A stretch of DNA of 62,925 bases, the filler included, from Octopus bimaculoides (Eukaryota): NCBI RefSeq assembly GCF_001194135.2. It is 8 parts of 8 records of this genome, joined end to end, with 100 filler letters (N's around TTAATTAATTAA, not from the genome) between each part and the next. Parts side by side here need not be neighbours in the genome. Positions count along the whole stretch, not along the records: positions 10,418 to 20,161 come from NC_068982.1; positions 20,262 to 34,020 come from NC_068997.1; 6 more parts are not named here. One strand, given 5' to 3'. Position 1 is the first letter of the stretch, and every line of letters starts with the position of its first letter. The notes beneath the pieces are model-generated. The model did not search any database and was not told the origin of the DNA. It was given only the letters and a program-made list of their open reading frames with translations. This document shows positions 14,337 through 27,849 of the stretch, in pieces. Position numbers and translations under genes: made by a program.

Positions 14337-16873
14337 GAGAAAGAACAATTTGGTGAATGAAATGAAACAAAACCGATAAAAGTTCTTCATAATTGAATTA
14401 TTATGCATCTCTTTCTTTTTCTCTTTTTCCTTTTCGCGAAGGAAATTTTTTTTAAAGTACATATTAATTTAGTGAGAAAAAGAGAGCGAAAGAGAGACAG
14501 AGACAGAGACAGAGAAACAGAGAGAAAGAGGGAGGGATGGAGGGCAACAAAAAAAATAGAAAAAGTAAACTTAAGTACTAAATTGCATAGCAACTGTTTG
14601 TTAATTACGCGCTCACACACCCAGAGCAATTGGTACAGAGGAAGACACACGGAAGGAGAAAGAAGTGGGGGACCTCGAAGGAAATAGAGAGAAAGACCAA
14701 CATGGAGAGAGAAAATTAAAAAAAGCACTTAACTTGCGTAACACCTGTAGATGGTGCACACTTAAAGCTAAGTCAGTATGAAGTGCTTATAAAGCTGTGT
14801 CGGTAAGCATTATGACGCGAATCTAACGGGAAAATCTAGAATTACTTTCAATTATGACTATCGCACTTCCTTTACTAATTACTACACATTTCTATAATAA
14901 ATCCGTTAGTTCCTGAGAAATTGTATTTATTCATTTTTATAAGACAACTCTGTTGCCCGCTTTCTCATTTTAATTCTATCATTAACGTTGTTTTCCCTTC
15001 GCCACACGCGCACATTACACACACACACACACTCGCTCGTTCTGTGTGATCGTATATATATACGCCTTGATTTCTATCGCCAGTGATGTGTGAACGTCAG
15101 TGACAACTTAGTGTGCGCATTTATACGTCCGTCTGTGTAAGCTTGTGTAGGCCAATGTGCGTATATGTATGCCTATGCTTGTGGGTGCGTGTATACGTAC
15201 GTGTGTGTGTGTGCGTGTATGTTTGTTATGTTCGTGTGACCGTATGCTGTACCTTTTTTTTAACGATTCTAATTGGTGTTGTTCAACCCCCAGTCAACTC
15301 TGGTCAAAATATGTTCCAGCCATGACCAGCTCGTATTAATGTTCTTTTCTCGTATATTCAGAATTAACAATATCTAATGTATGTTTTTTTTTTTTCTAAA
15401 AAGATTGTGTATATAAGCTGAAGGGGATTTAGCTGGTATTTGTTGGATTTAGTTCCCAATGTTAGCGCCGGCAGGGTGAATGCGCAGAGGTTTTCCAATT
15501 TTGTTTCTAATACGAAGTGATCACCTACAGATATCGATAAAAGTTCTTCGGAATGTCCAAATTTTACTTTATGTACATAGACGCATATACACATGCATGC
15601 ACACATGCTCGCGTGTGCTTATATATNNNNNNNNNNNNNNNNNNNNNNNNNNNNNNNNNNNNNNNNNNNNNNNNNNNNNNNNNNNNNNNNNNNNNNNNNN
15701 NNNNNNNNNNNNNNNNNNNNNNNNNNNNNNNNNNNNNNNNNNNNNNNNNNNNNNNNNNNNNNNNNNNNNNNNNNNNNNNNNNNNNNNNNNNNNNNNNNNN
15801 NNNNNNNNNNNNNNNNNNNNNNNNNNNNNNNNNNNNNNNNNNNNNNNNNNNNNNNNNNNNNNNNNNNNNNNNNNNNNNNNNNNNNNNNNNNNNNNNNNNN
15901 NNNNNNNNNNNNNNNNNNNNNNNNNNNNNNNNNNNNNNNNNNNNNNNNNNNNNNNNNNNNNNNNNNNNNNNNNNNNNNNNNNNNNNNGTGTGTGTGTGTG
16001 TGCGTGTATCAACAGTATTAGACGACATATATCATATTCGCCACAGTTGATCTGCCGCTGCCTCTCTGCTACATAATATTGCACATGTATTTGCATATAT
16101 CAATGTGTGTATGTGGAAGATGTGCTTAGTATATGAAATAAGCGTTCGTGTCACTCGCTCGTTCTGTGTGATCGTATATATATACGCCTTGATTTCTATC
16201 GCCAGTGATGTGTGAACGTCAGTGACAACTTAGTAATTGCATCGCCTGCGAACTTGCTTGGCATCTTGTCAGCTTCTACTTGAATATAAGTAGAACTGTA
16301 GCGACTGGCCGCCGTAGTTGCAAGTAAAAGCCATCGAACTGTTTGTAAAGAAAACATTAATGCATGATGTAAAATTCGACTAAAAGTACCACAAAAACAC
16401 ATTGAGAGTGGACAATGTGTACGGATGGGTGAGAGGAAAGATGTTCATTAGCAGAAAATGAAAGAAATGTCTTAGCATTATTACTGCTGCTTCTATGTTC
16501 GTCGTTTTTCATATTGTCATGTTGTTGTGATATAGTGTTGCTGGTGTTACTGGGGCTGATAGTTAGGTTGTTGGGCTTACGAAAACTATGATTTTCATTA
16601 ACTCATACATTCATATGCTTGCAAGTTCATATGATTGTGTGTATATAATGTGCATAATATATAATGTACTTTTATATGTGTGCATGCATATGTATGTATG
16701 TATATACATATGTACAGGAGTGTGAATATCTATATATATATGTGTATACATGCATGAGTATGTGTGCACGTGCATATATGAATATGTGTATATATATATA
16801 TTTATACACGTAATTTTGTATATACATGCGTGCAGTTGTGTAAATTATATATTCATACAAGCGCACGTGTGCA

Positions 16874-16955
<82 letters not shown>

Positions 16956-17318
16956 CAGATATATTTTCACACATATACAAGTATACGTATTACGTTTATG
17001 GATATTACGGGTGCATGCATTTATATGTGTGTTTACACACAAACACAGGCATGTATTAACTTGTATATGTTTATACATACATGTATGCAACACATAGATG
17101 TATCGATATATATGCATATTCACGAATATATCTAGTGTATTTATACGTATATGCATGCAAACATATACAGGTTAGTATACGTGCAAATAAATAAATATAT
17201 ATATATATATATACGTGTGTGTGTATATATACGTTTATATATTTGTGTGTATATATGCCTATATATATACATATAAATGTATATATACATATATATATAT
17301 ATATGTATATATATATAC

Positions 17319-17358
<40 letters not shown>

Positions 17359-17973
17359 GTATATATATATATTTATATGTATNNNNNNNNNNNNNNNNNN
17401 NNNNNNNNNNNNNNNNNNNNNNNNNNNNNNNNNNNNNNNNNNNNNNNNNNNNNNNNNNNNNNNNNNNNNNNNNNNNNNNNNNNNNNNNNNNNNNNNNNNN
17501 NNNNNNNNNNNNNNNNNNNNNNNNNNNNNNNNNNNNNNNNNNNNNNNNNNNNNNNNNNNNNNNNNNNNNNNNNNNNNNNNNNNNNNNNNNNNNNNNNNNN
17601 NNNNNNNNNNNNNNNNNNNNNNNNNNNNNNNNNNNNNNNNNNNNNNNNNNNNNNNNNNNNNNNNNNNTATATGTATGTATATATGTCTACATATATATAT
17701 ATATATATATATATAAATATGTATATATATACAACTCACACACGAGTACATACGTGTATAACTGCATTCATATATACACACACACACGTGTATATGTTCA
17801 CGTATGTGTGCAATAAGTGCTTGCATGCGTCCATTAATGCTACTCTCATTACTGTTACGCCCCAAGTCAGTTCTTCAACGTTTACATCAACCTCACCTTT
17901 TTGTTGTTGTTGTTGTTGTTTTCTTTTGCAATTTTCAAATACAGCCTGTGTTCCTTTTATTTATTTATTTATT

Positions 17974-18035
<62 letters not shown>

Positions 18036-18039
18036 TAAG

Positions 18040-18731
18040 AAAGTAAGCTGGCAGAATCGTTAGCACGCCAGGCGAAATGCTTAACGGTATTTCGTCTGCC
18101 GTTACGTTCTACGTTCAAATTCCGCCGAGGTCGACTTTGCCTATCATCCTTTCGGGGTCGATAAATTAAGTACCAGTTACGCACTGGGGTCGATGTAATC
18201 GACTTAATCCGTTCGTCTGTTCTTGTTTGTTCCCTCTATGTTTAGCCCCTTGTGGGCAATAACGAAATAGGTATTTCGCTTCCGCTACGTTCTAAGTTCA
18301 AATTCCGTCGAGGTCAACTTTGCCTTTCATCATTATGGATCGATAAATTAAGTACTAGTTGAGTACTGGGTCGATCTAATCGACTTCACCCCTCCCCCAA
18401 AATTTCAGGCCTTGTGCCTACAATAGAAAGGATCATTATTATTATTATTATTAGTAGTAGTAGTAGTAGTAGTATTAATATTATTATTATCATCATCATT
18501 ATTATTATTATGACGGTGACGCGTTGGCAGAACCGTTAGCACCCCCCCCCGGCCAAATGCTTAGCAGTATTTCGACCGTCCTTACGTTCTGAGTTCGAAT
18601 ACCGCCGAGGTCGACTTTGCCTTTTATGTTTTGCGGGATTGATGAATTAAGTACCAAGTTGCGTACTGGTGTCAATGTAATCGACTAGTCACCCCACTCA
18701 AAATGTCAGGCCTTGTGTCTATAGTAAAAAG

Positions 18732-18765
<34 letters not shown>

Positions 18766-19060
18766 TTATGTTTGACTTTTGTTTTGCATTTGTACAAGTT
18801 GGATCCAAGTCTCACCCAGAGACCTCAAGNNNNNNNNNNATTATTATTAAGGCGGTGAGTTGGCAGAATCGTTAGCACGCCGGGGAAAATGCTTAGCAGC
18901 ATTTCGTCCGTGTCTACGTTCTGAGTTCAAATTTCATCGAGGTTGTATTTGACTTTTATCCTTTCGGCGTCGATAAATTAAATACCACTGAAACACTGGG
19001 ACCAATGTAATTGACTTAGCCCCTCTCCCAAAATTTCAGGTCTTGTGGCTTTAATAGAGA
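18040..19060 (+). mobile_element. Head-to-tail cluster of three tRNA-derived SINEs (family A) separated by (ATT)n; the first copy is internally dimeric
   Basis: Each copy has a TGGCAGAATCGTTAGCAC head and a GAGTTCAAATTCC-type B box, and ends in CCTTGTGCC..AGAAAG followed by ATT repeats. Confidence 0.9.
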
Positions 19061-19080
19061 GAATTATTATTGTTGTTGTT

Positions 19081-19111
<31 letters not shown>

Positions 19112-20289
19112 TTATTATTATTACTCTTATGTTTCTGATTTTCTGATTTTAAACCATACTATTATTATTATTATTATTTATAATTATTATCTTGAAGCTT
19201 AAGTTGCGATTTGAGGAAGTTTGGGCTGTTATTTCTCGCTGGTCAGTCGAATATAAAGCGACTCTTTTATATTGTCGTCATAAAAAAGTACCCCGGTCGC
19301 AACATCCTCATTTAACCATTCATAATGCCAATATTTGAGTCTTAGGAGTGCATCTGCTAAGCTATTTCCTGTATAAGTGGTAGCGGGGTTTGCAAAACGC
19401 ATGAGCAGAATGAAACCCTCCAACACTCCACCATGGTCCCTTTGAATATCTATGTTTTTTAATACTTCTTTTAAAAGCAATTATAACTGTACTATTATAA
19501 AAGTGGAGTAAGTAGTCATAACTATCTTAGTTGTTTTGGCCATTTAACCTTTGGTTACCCCTATGACCAAAAGTATTTTTGTTATAACCATACTGAAGCA
19601 GTGTGCATCCAAGACCACATTGTCCAAAGGGTCCTTTTTATAAGAGTGCAAGGGTCAAACACGAAGGAAATTATTGATGTTTCTTGCCATCGCGACCGTT
19701 CAGAGACTCCACTGAAGTCTGTATCAGAGGTTGGAAGGAGCATGGGGTGAGGTAAATGATAATGGGGATACAGTAATGGTAGTAGTGGTAGTGGTTGTTT
19801 AAAGCGAATCAGTGTTATGGATTAAAAGTTGAATAAACGAAGATGGGCTACTTGAGATCTGACAGAGAATACAAGTGCCGGCACTAGATGACGTACTAAT
19901 CGATATACTTTGCGTTAAACTATATCGTTGTTATAGTTATTTATCACTCCTAGCAACAGCACGAAACTAGTAACTATCGAGAAAGATTGACAAATTAAGA
20001 AAGTATAATCTGCAAAAGACATACAATGTGTGTGTGTGTGTGTGTATCACAGACCACACTCCTTGATACACTGATGATATATATATATATATATATATAA
20101 TCATAAATATACAGGGATTAGCATTGAGTTGCTTCTCCAACATACTGAAAATTTAGAAATANNNNNNNNNNNNNNNNNNNNNNNNNNNNNNNNNNNNNNN
20201 NNNNNTTAATTAATTAANNNNNNNNNNNNNNNNNNNNNNNNNNNNNNNNNNNNNNNNNNNNCTTTATTAAAAAACAGCAAAAATATCAC

Positions 20290-20500
20290 AAAACCTGTTA
20301 CTCAGAGTTTCACCTTCCCGTTCGTCTAACAGTTTTTGTTGACAATAAGGTTATATGCAAAAATATACAATTACTTTATTTCTTACTTTGTTAGATCCAT
20401 ATTTGAAAATGGTTTCGTTTCATTGGTCCTTCCAACGAACGCTCTTTTCAGTAGCCGGTTGCATGAAATCACAATTGTAGTTTAAAATCATATTATTATA
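20290..20500 (-). mobile_element. Probable 3' end/terminal repeat of a Penelope-like element, inverted relative to the adjacent RT fragment
   Basis: Carries a hammerhead-like motif at 20295-20332 and an RLLKRAFVG-type remnant resembling the end of a PLE ORF. Confidence 0.45.
20295..20332 (-). ncRNA. Degenerate hammerhead ribozyme motif
   Basis: The minus strand reads CTGT-TAGACGA-ACG GGAA GGT-GAA-ACTC T GAGT-A-ACAG. Stems I and III are intact; the core has two substitutions. Confidence 0.5.
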
Positions 20501-20869
20501 AAAATCGAAGAAAACCTGAAATCAAAAATAGCTTATGTAGAAGGAAAAGGGACCTCAATACCCAGGGTAAAAAAGTTAGTGGTAAAAAATAATAATGAAT
20601 TTGAATGAATTAAAAGATTTATCCGTTAAAAGAAAACTTTCACACTAAAATACATATGCTTTTAGTAATACATGCACATACCAAACAACCTATATATACA
20701 TATACACACTAAAAATACAGGCGTTGTTACATGGCTACATACATATACACACAAATATAGGCAAAACATAAATATATACAAATGCATATATATGTATGTA
20801 TGCACGCAAACACATGCACGCGCATAATACCTCCTGGTGTATGCTTATACAGTTTAGTTCTGACAGGTG

Positions 20870-21595
20870 AGAGAAAGAAAACGAAAAGAAAATCAGAGAA
20901 TAACAAATGGTGGCAAGAAGAATTGCTAACAATCTTAAAGTTAGCGATAAGATAGAATACCTCCCCACCACGCCAGCCCTTCATTACGCTGAAAAACCAC
21001 AAAGCTAATTTCAATAGAGACCCTAAATGGAGACTAATTAACCCAGCTAAATCTGAAATAGGCATTATTAGCAAATATATTTTAGATCGTATTTTAAGCA
21101 GGTTAGATAGTGAATCAAATTTACAGATTTGGAGAAAAAGCAAGTTAGTGATAGATCGGTTGAAAGGAAAAAGCCATAAGCCCAACTGCAAAGTTACGCA
21201 GTTCGATATTGTCGGTTTTTACCCGTCAAAATCTAGGTCTTTGCTTCTAAAAGCATTAAACTTCGCCAAGCAGTATGTCACCATCGATGCCTCGGAAATA
21301 GATATTATCCTTCATTCAAAGAAACCCCTCCCTTTTTTACGATGATTCTACCTGGATCAAAAAGTGTGAAGATTCTCTGTTCAATGTGGCGATGGGGACA
21401 TATGATGGGGCGGAGTTGTATATGCTTATAGGAACTCATATTTTGCATGACCTGCATCTAGAATTCCCTTTTATAGATGTAGGATTATACAGGGATGATG
21501 GTCTTATGATTTAAACGGCCATGAGTAAGATAAACTTTAGAATCTGATTACTTTCTTCCAAAGAATGGGCTTACGGAAAACGATAGAAACGTACG
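20870..21595 (+). mobile_element. Penelope-like RT fragment of a second family, decayed
   Basis: FITLKNHKANFNRDPKWRLINPAKSEIGIISKYILD, QFDIVGFYPS, a frameshifted MG(T)YDGAE-like segment and YRDDGL. Confidence 0.88.
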
Positions 21596-21636
21596 TACTG
21601 CTATAACCTATTGAATTTTTGTTGCATTTCTTCAAA

Positions 21637-21759
<123 letters not shown>

Positions 21760-22243
21760 TCTTGCATTAAGCCTAGTGGTCCTGTTTAATATCAATCGAA
21801 ATCCTACGGATCTTTTGTTTTCTGTATACTATGCAGACAAGGATCTTGCTTCACTTATCAATGAGGTGATAGTCACGATTATAATTATCCCCTCAATCTC
21901 TGTCTATCTATCTATCTATGTGTATGTATATATGTATACGATACGTGTGCGTAGTTTGTGTTTCTGGTTGTGTTTGTCCGATACATGGTAACCGGTATTG
22001 GTTTGCTTACATCCCTGCAACTTTGTAGTTCGGCAAAAGAGTACGATAGAATAAGACCCAAACTTGGAAATAAATGCTGGTGGGGTGGGGAGGCAATGCA
22101 TTCGACTGAAACCCTTCAAAGTAGTGCCCCAGCATGGCCACCGTCTAATCCCTGAAACAAGTAAACGAAAAGATAAAAGATGTATGCGGGTGTGTCTATA
22201 TGCTTGCGTGCATATATGCGTGTAGCGCGTGTATGTGCGTGTG

Positions 22244-22285
<42 letters not shown>

Positions 22286-22664
22286 TGTGTATCGATCGGC
22301 ACTTTCTCTTGCAAATCTCGTGTGTTGGGCTTCGTCCAGCCTTCGTATTCGATTCAACATTTCCAGTCTTTTTTCTCTCATTTTCTTTTGGTTGCGGTTT
22401 TAGCCACGATTATCTCCACCCATCCTAGCCGTATTATCCAAAGGATTAGTATTAGACACAGTGGTGCCCACTCGTTATCAAGCTGGGTATTTCTGCTCGA
22501 CCACCTACAACTATAACATCAACAACAATGACATTTTCAGTGCTTTGTAATATTTAAGTAGGTCGCAGGATTAAATTTGTGACTTCCTCGCTTATTAAGT
22601 AAGTGCATATATGTAGAACTGTTCATGATGATGATGATGATGAGGAGGATGGTGATGGTGATGA

Positions 22665-22698
<34 letters not shown>

Positions 22699-24190
22699 GG
22701 TGGTGGATATGGTGATGAGGATGAGGTGAGGGAGGGGAGGAAAAGAAAAGAGAAAAGAACGAGGGAGCTTATGAAAAATATGATTAATATGAGAAGGGAG
22801 ATACGTGAGGGCGGTAGTGGTGGTGGTCATATCGAGTTGGCACCTGTTGCCGCATTACTTGCATAAATCTACATAATATCAAGATGCAGCTTCTTTCATG
22901 CTATAACCCTCTTATATCGATTTCATATTTTGGCACAAGGCCTGCAATATCGATCCCAGTACTCAACTGGTACTTGTTTTATCGACCTCCGAAAGGATGA
23001 AAGGCAAAGCTAACCCCCGGCGAAATTTGAACCCTGTACGTATTTACTTATATATGTGTGCGTGCGTGTGTTATTGTGGGTACGTACATATGTATTGGTT
23101 TCAAATTCCGGCACAAGGCCAGGTATTTCAGAGGAGGGTATATATAGGTCGATTGCATTAACCCCATTAACCCCAATTGCATTGACTCCATTCGAATTAA
23201 ATAAGCACCAGTTACGCACTGGGGACGATGTAATCGACTTAATCCCTTTGTCCCCTTTATGATCAGCCTCCTGTGGACAATAAAGAAATAACTATTTATA
23301 GAATTGATTGCTTCTGGTTGACCAAAAATGCGAAATGAAGAGACACTCAATGTGTAGAATTCTGCATACGGTTTGTCGAATAGGATTTTCGGAAAACTGG
23401 CGGAATGAAACGTGAGCTTTGAATAAGTAAAGTAACTTCCCATCACTGCAGCATCCTTTTCTACTCTAGGTACAAGGCCCGAATTTGAACTCAGATGAAA
23501 TATTGCTAAGCATTTCGCCCGGCGTGCTAACGTTTCTACCAGTTCGCCGCACTCGAAGAAAATGAATACGAAAAATATTCTTTTGTACACTAGAAACAAG
23601 GCCCAAAATTTGGGAGGAGCGGGGCGCAGTCGATTAGATCGATTCCAGTACGTAAATGGAACTTAATTTATCCACCCCGAAAGGATGAAAGGCAAAGTCG
23701 ACCACGCCGGAATTTGAACTCAAAACGTAACAGCAGGCGGAATACTGCGACGCATTTCGTTCGGCGTGCTAACTATTCAGTCAGTCGTTGCCTTGCTATT
23801 TTGGAAATATTAACTATGAAAGTAAAGTTAATTAGTCGACGCAATTATAACAGTTTAATTAAATATACTAAAATAGCCGGCATTGTAGCAAGATAGAAAG
23901 GAGACCCTAAAGATTTTAATAGTGGACCCTCGCTACATTTAGGAGTGATACGAGAAATACAGACGAGGAGGGGGAAGGGGAGGTGTAGAGACAAAGAAAG
24001 AGGGAAAGGAGGAGAAATGAGAGAAAGAAATAGAGAGAGAGAGAAACAGAGATTAATGGATATAAGAGAGAGAAAGAGTAACTAAACGAGAAAGTGTGAG
24101 GATTGGAGATGTAAACCGAGAGGTATGCCTGTGTCTGTGCGCGCGTGTACGTATATATACACACACATAATAGGTTTATATGTAGGCACA

Positions 24191-24240
<50 letters not shown>

Positions 24241-24785
24241 NNNNNNNNNNNNNNNNNNNNNNNNNNNNNNNNNNNNNNNNNNNNNNNNNNNNNNNNNNNN
24301 NNNNNNNNNNNNNNNNNNNNNNNNNNNNNNNNNNNNNNNNNNNNNNNNNNNNNNNNNNNNNNNNNNNNNNNNNNNNNNNNNNNNNNNNNNNNNNNNNNNN
24401 NNNNNNNNNNNNNNNNNNNNNNNNNNNNNNNNNNNNNNNNNNNNNNNNNNNNNNNNNNNNNNNNNNNNNNNNNNNNNNNNNNNNNNNNNNNNNNNNNNNN
24501 NNNNNNNNNNNNNNNNNNNNNNNNNNNNNNNNNNNNNNNNNNNNNNNNNNNNNNNNNNNNNNNNNNNNNNNNNNNNNNNNNNNNNNNNNNNNNNNNNNNN
24601 NNNNNNNNNNNNNNNNNNNNNNNNNNNNNNNNNNNNNTATATATATACATATATATATATACACACATATATATATACACATACATATATATTAGCCCGT
24701 ATATAGATAGAAATATATACCCATAGATAGTTGGATACATATATAAAGGAATATGTATAAACATATGTATGTGCATATATATATT

Positions 24786-24818
<33 letters not shown>

Positions 24819-24841
24819 ATATGTATGTATACGTATATGAA

Positions 24842-24893
<52 letters not shown>

Positions 24894-25665
24894 CATATTT
24901 ATATGTATGCATAAATATATGTGTTTATGTATGTATATATATATATACACACATACACTCATATATAGATATATATACACACACAGCTACACACACCACA
25001 ATGTCACTGCCACACCACTTCAACCACGAGTACCACAAACAATGCTGTCATCTATGCAAACTACAAGAAAAACCCCGCACCGCCACCATCACCTCCCACC
25101 ACCACCACCACCAGTGCAGCCAGCATCACACATTCAATATTACCACTGACACCTATACCATCTATTGTCACAACCCTCCCTTTTTCCTACGGACCATCCT
25201 CTAACCCCTTCTCTACACCTATCCGTAATAGTCTCCATGGTATACCATCGACAGAACCTCTATGTGGTCATTTAGTATGCAAGAAATAACAGCAGAATTT
25301 CTCTCATATTACATCTGAATGTTTTAGAGAAGATTGCTATGGATAGCGTAGTCTTGGCTTCCACGAGCTGAGAAAGAAGGCGGGGTTGTCATAGTTTGGA
25401 CGCTTTTCATCATAGGTTTGCAAAGTCAGATCTGACCTGGAGGCCAATCAGTAATGACAACTATAGGTATGCCCACTGGTGGCTAGCCTTGGCCTAAATA
25501 TGAGTGATAGCCTCAGACTCCTCTTTGGTCCTGTCGACTCGGTAATCGTAACATCACCATTTTTTCAGTTCTATATTTTAGAGACGAAGAATTGTTTATA
25601 TTACTTACATTATTTACATTTGACGGATATTTAAGAATGAGAACCCAGGTTCGAAATTTCCCCAA

Positions 25666-25711
25666 GACACCTTATGAAGGCCGGAGGTTATATCAGCCGA
25701 AACGTTGTGTT
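25666..25711 (+). ncRNA. Degenerate minimal type-I hammerhead ribozyme motif
   Basis: Stem I GACAC/GTGTT, core CTTATGA (consensus CUGANGA), stem II closed by GGC/GCC, and GAAACGTT with a palindromic minimal stem III. Confidence 0.6.
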
Positions 25712-25882
25712 AACAACATACAAGATGAGGATAAATATCCGTCAAATGTAAATAATGTAAATAATATATCACCATTTTTTGCTATGGAATATTATTTACA
25801 GGATTTAGTTATTGTAGATCGATAAATTTTGTAATAGTAAGATGTGGCTGCTATATCTTGGAGATCTAGTGACTACTACGAC

Positions 25883-26130
25883 CAGCGGTTCTCAACCAGC
25901 TTTTGTCTATGATGCTTACTTTACTCTGGTGGATCTTTATGGCCATTTAACATTTAAAAAATCGTATTACTATATTTTTATGATTAAATATTTTTAGCAA
26001 TTGCATTAAAAAAATTGTTAAAATATTTGCGTATTGCAGAAGCAATAACCAATATATTGCTGATAGATTATAACTAAAAAAATCTTTATGGAGCCCCAAG
26101 GGTTATATGGACACCGGTTGCGAACCATTG
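25883..26130. mobile_element. hAT-type non-autonomous element (MITE)
   Basis: Termini CAGCGGTTCTCAACC and GGTTGCGAACCATTG resemble hAT-Charlie-type TIRs. The 8-bp flanks are only partly matched. Confidence 0.7.
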
Positions 26131-26521
26131 ACTCAGAAGTTTCGTGCTTCCGTTGTGCCACCACTAGAATCAGCTTGTGCTGTGGAAGGAGAACCACATG
26201 TTTGGAGTGTCGCAATATGCTGCATGAAATAACTTGTGCACGCATTATTGCGAAGTATAATCCTCAACAGTAGAGAGAGTTCTACTACATGTAGATTTTC
26301 CGTGCTAACAAGGACAAGTGATTTCACAGTCTTCCATCTGTGTTCTCCGGTAAACGGAGAGCAGTTCCATTCAGTCGAACTCTACGCTCAAATCCCACGC
26401 TCCAGATTGCTTTTGGAGAAAATGATGAGGGTTTGGTCAAATAGGAATGTGCCCGTCTCTAAAACCTTTCTTTTTTCCCTCACATGCCCCAGACAGGAAA
26501 ACCACCAGCCATTGTCAGTCT

Positions 26522-26554
<33 letters not shown>

Positions 26555-26904
26555 AGTTATTTTTAGGGTTCTTCTTCAATCCTCTCTCAGTCTCTCCCTT
26601 TTTTCCTTTTCTCCTAAACTTGTAAAATTCCTCTCCGTCTACTTCGTCTTCCCCTTATCGTCATGTTGCTGCAATTGATGATGACATTGACAATGATTAT
26701 GATGATGATGATGATGACGACGGTGACGACGGGGACGACGACCACGACGACTACGATGACGAATGTTTTTGTGTAGTTAGGTGAGATAGCTGTAAGATGT
26801 TAACTGTTAGTTGACGCTAACGCTGACTATAAACGATAATACATGGCTGGAGACATATGTCGCCGCTTGACAATTTCCTCCGTACAATATAAGCCAGACT
26901 GACA

Positions 26905-26940
<36 letters not shown>

Positions 26941-27483
26941 TAATATTATTATTATTATTGGCATTTGTGGTGTTGGTATTATTATTATTATTGTTAGTAG
27001 TATTGGTAGGACAAATGGGGAAACAGGTTACACATCGACCACACAACGTGTGGTGTCACTAAAGTTACAACGTGAATGACAGCAGTGTGAAAAGGAGAAA
27101 ACACGACGAACATTTTGTTTTCGTTTTGTTCCAGTTTGGTGCTTGACTGCTTTTTTTTTGTTTTTTGTTTTGCTTTTACTTACTTCCGTTTACCTGATGC
27201 CAAGCCACTGTGTGCTACTGGAGGGAAAATGGTTTCTTTCCTTTTTATTCATGCAGAAGAACCCTATGTTCATAATAGGGAGAATATGAGATGTGCATAC
27301 TTTTCCCCAGTGCAATTTATACAGTATATATATAAATGCATACATATATACATACATACACACACATATGTATATACACACACACTAATACATACATACA
27401 CACATATGCACAACCGTTAGTCTAGACCTTTATTTCACTCCGTTTATTTTTTCCGTCTTTCCATTTGTCTTTTCTTCTCATTC

Positions 27484-27519
27484 GTTTCTGTAGAAGAGCG
27501 TAGGCTCGAAACGTCAAAC
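27484..27519 (+). ncRNA. Degenerate hammerhead ribozyme motif in a probable PLE terminal-repeat remnant
   Basis: GTTT..TAGAAGA-GCGTAGGCTC-GAAACGTC-AAAC, preceded by a pyrimidine-rich tract like the 3' region of the PLE at 60200. Confidence 0.4.
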
Positions 27520-27618
27520 ATTTCTTCCAATTTTCCTGAGCGTTAAAATAACACCCTTTGTTTACTGTTCCCTCACCTGTGCCTATGTTTTGTTTTTTGC
27601 TTTTTGCATCATTTTGAA

Positions 27619-27657
<39 letters not shown>

Positions 27658-27849
27658 AATGTGTGTGTATGTGTGCGTTGGTGAGTTTGTATGTGTGTGT
27701 TTGTGTGTTTGAGTGTGTGTGTATGTGTGTGTGTGTGTGTGTCCGTACGTATGCATATATGTGTCACACATGCACAAACATAAAACACATATAAATGTAT
27801 GTATTGGCAGTCGGGTGTTGGTTGTTCATCTGAGTAAGAACTAAGGATT

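Noticed and set aside
19229-19480. 83-codon protein-like minus-strand ORF (…FANPATTYTGNSLADALLRLKYW…)
   Set aside because: It has no ATG start, its 3' end overlaps the dispersed repeat motif GAAATAACAGCC..CCTCAAATC, and I recognise no domain. A BLASTX hit would be needed to revive it.
22196-22490. MREKRLEMLNRIRRLDEAQH… ORF and a plus-strand exon-like segment at 22401-22487
   Set aside because: The ORF runs into a (CA)n microsatellite with no donor. The plus segment has two open frames and no recognisable homology.
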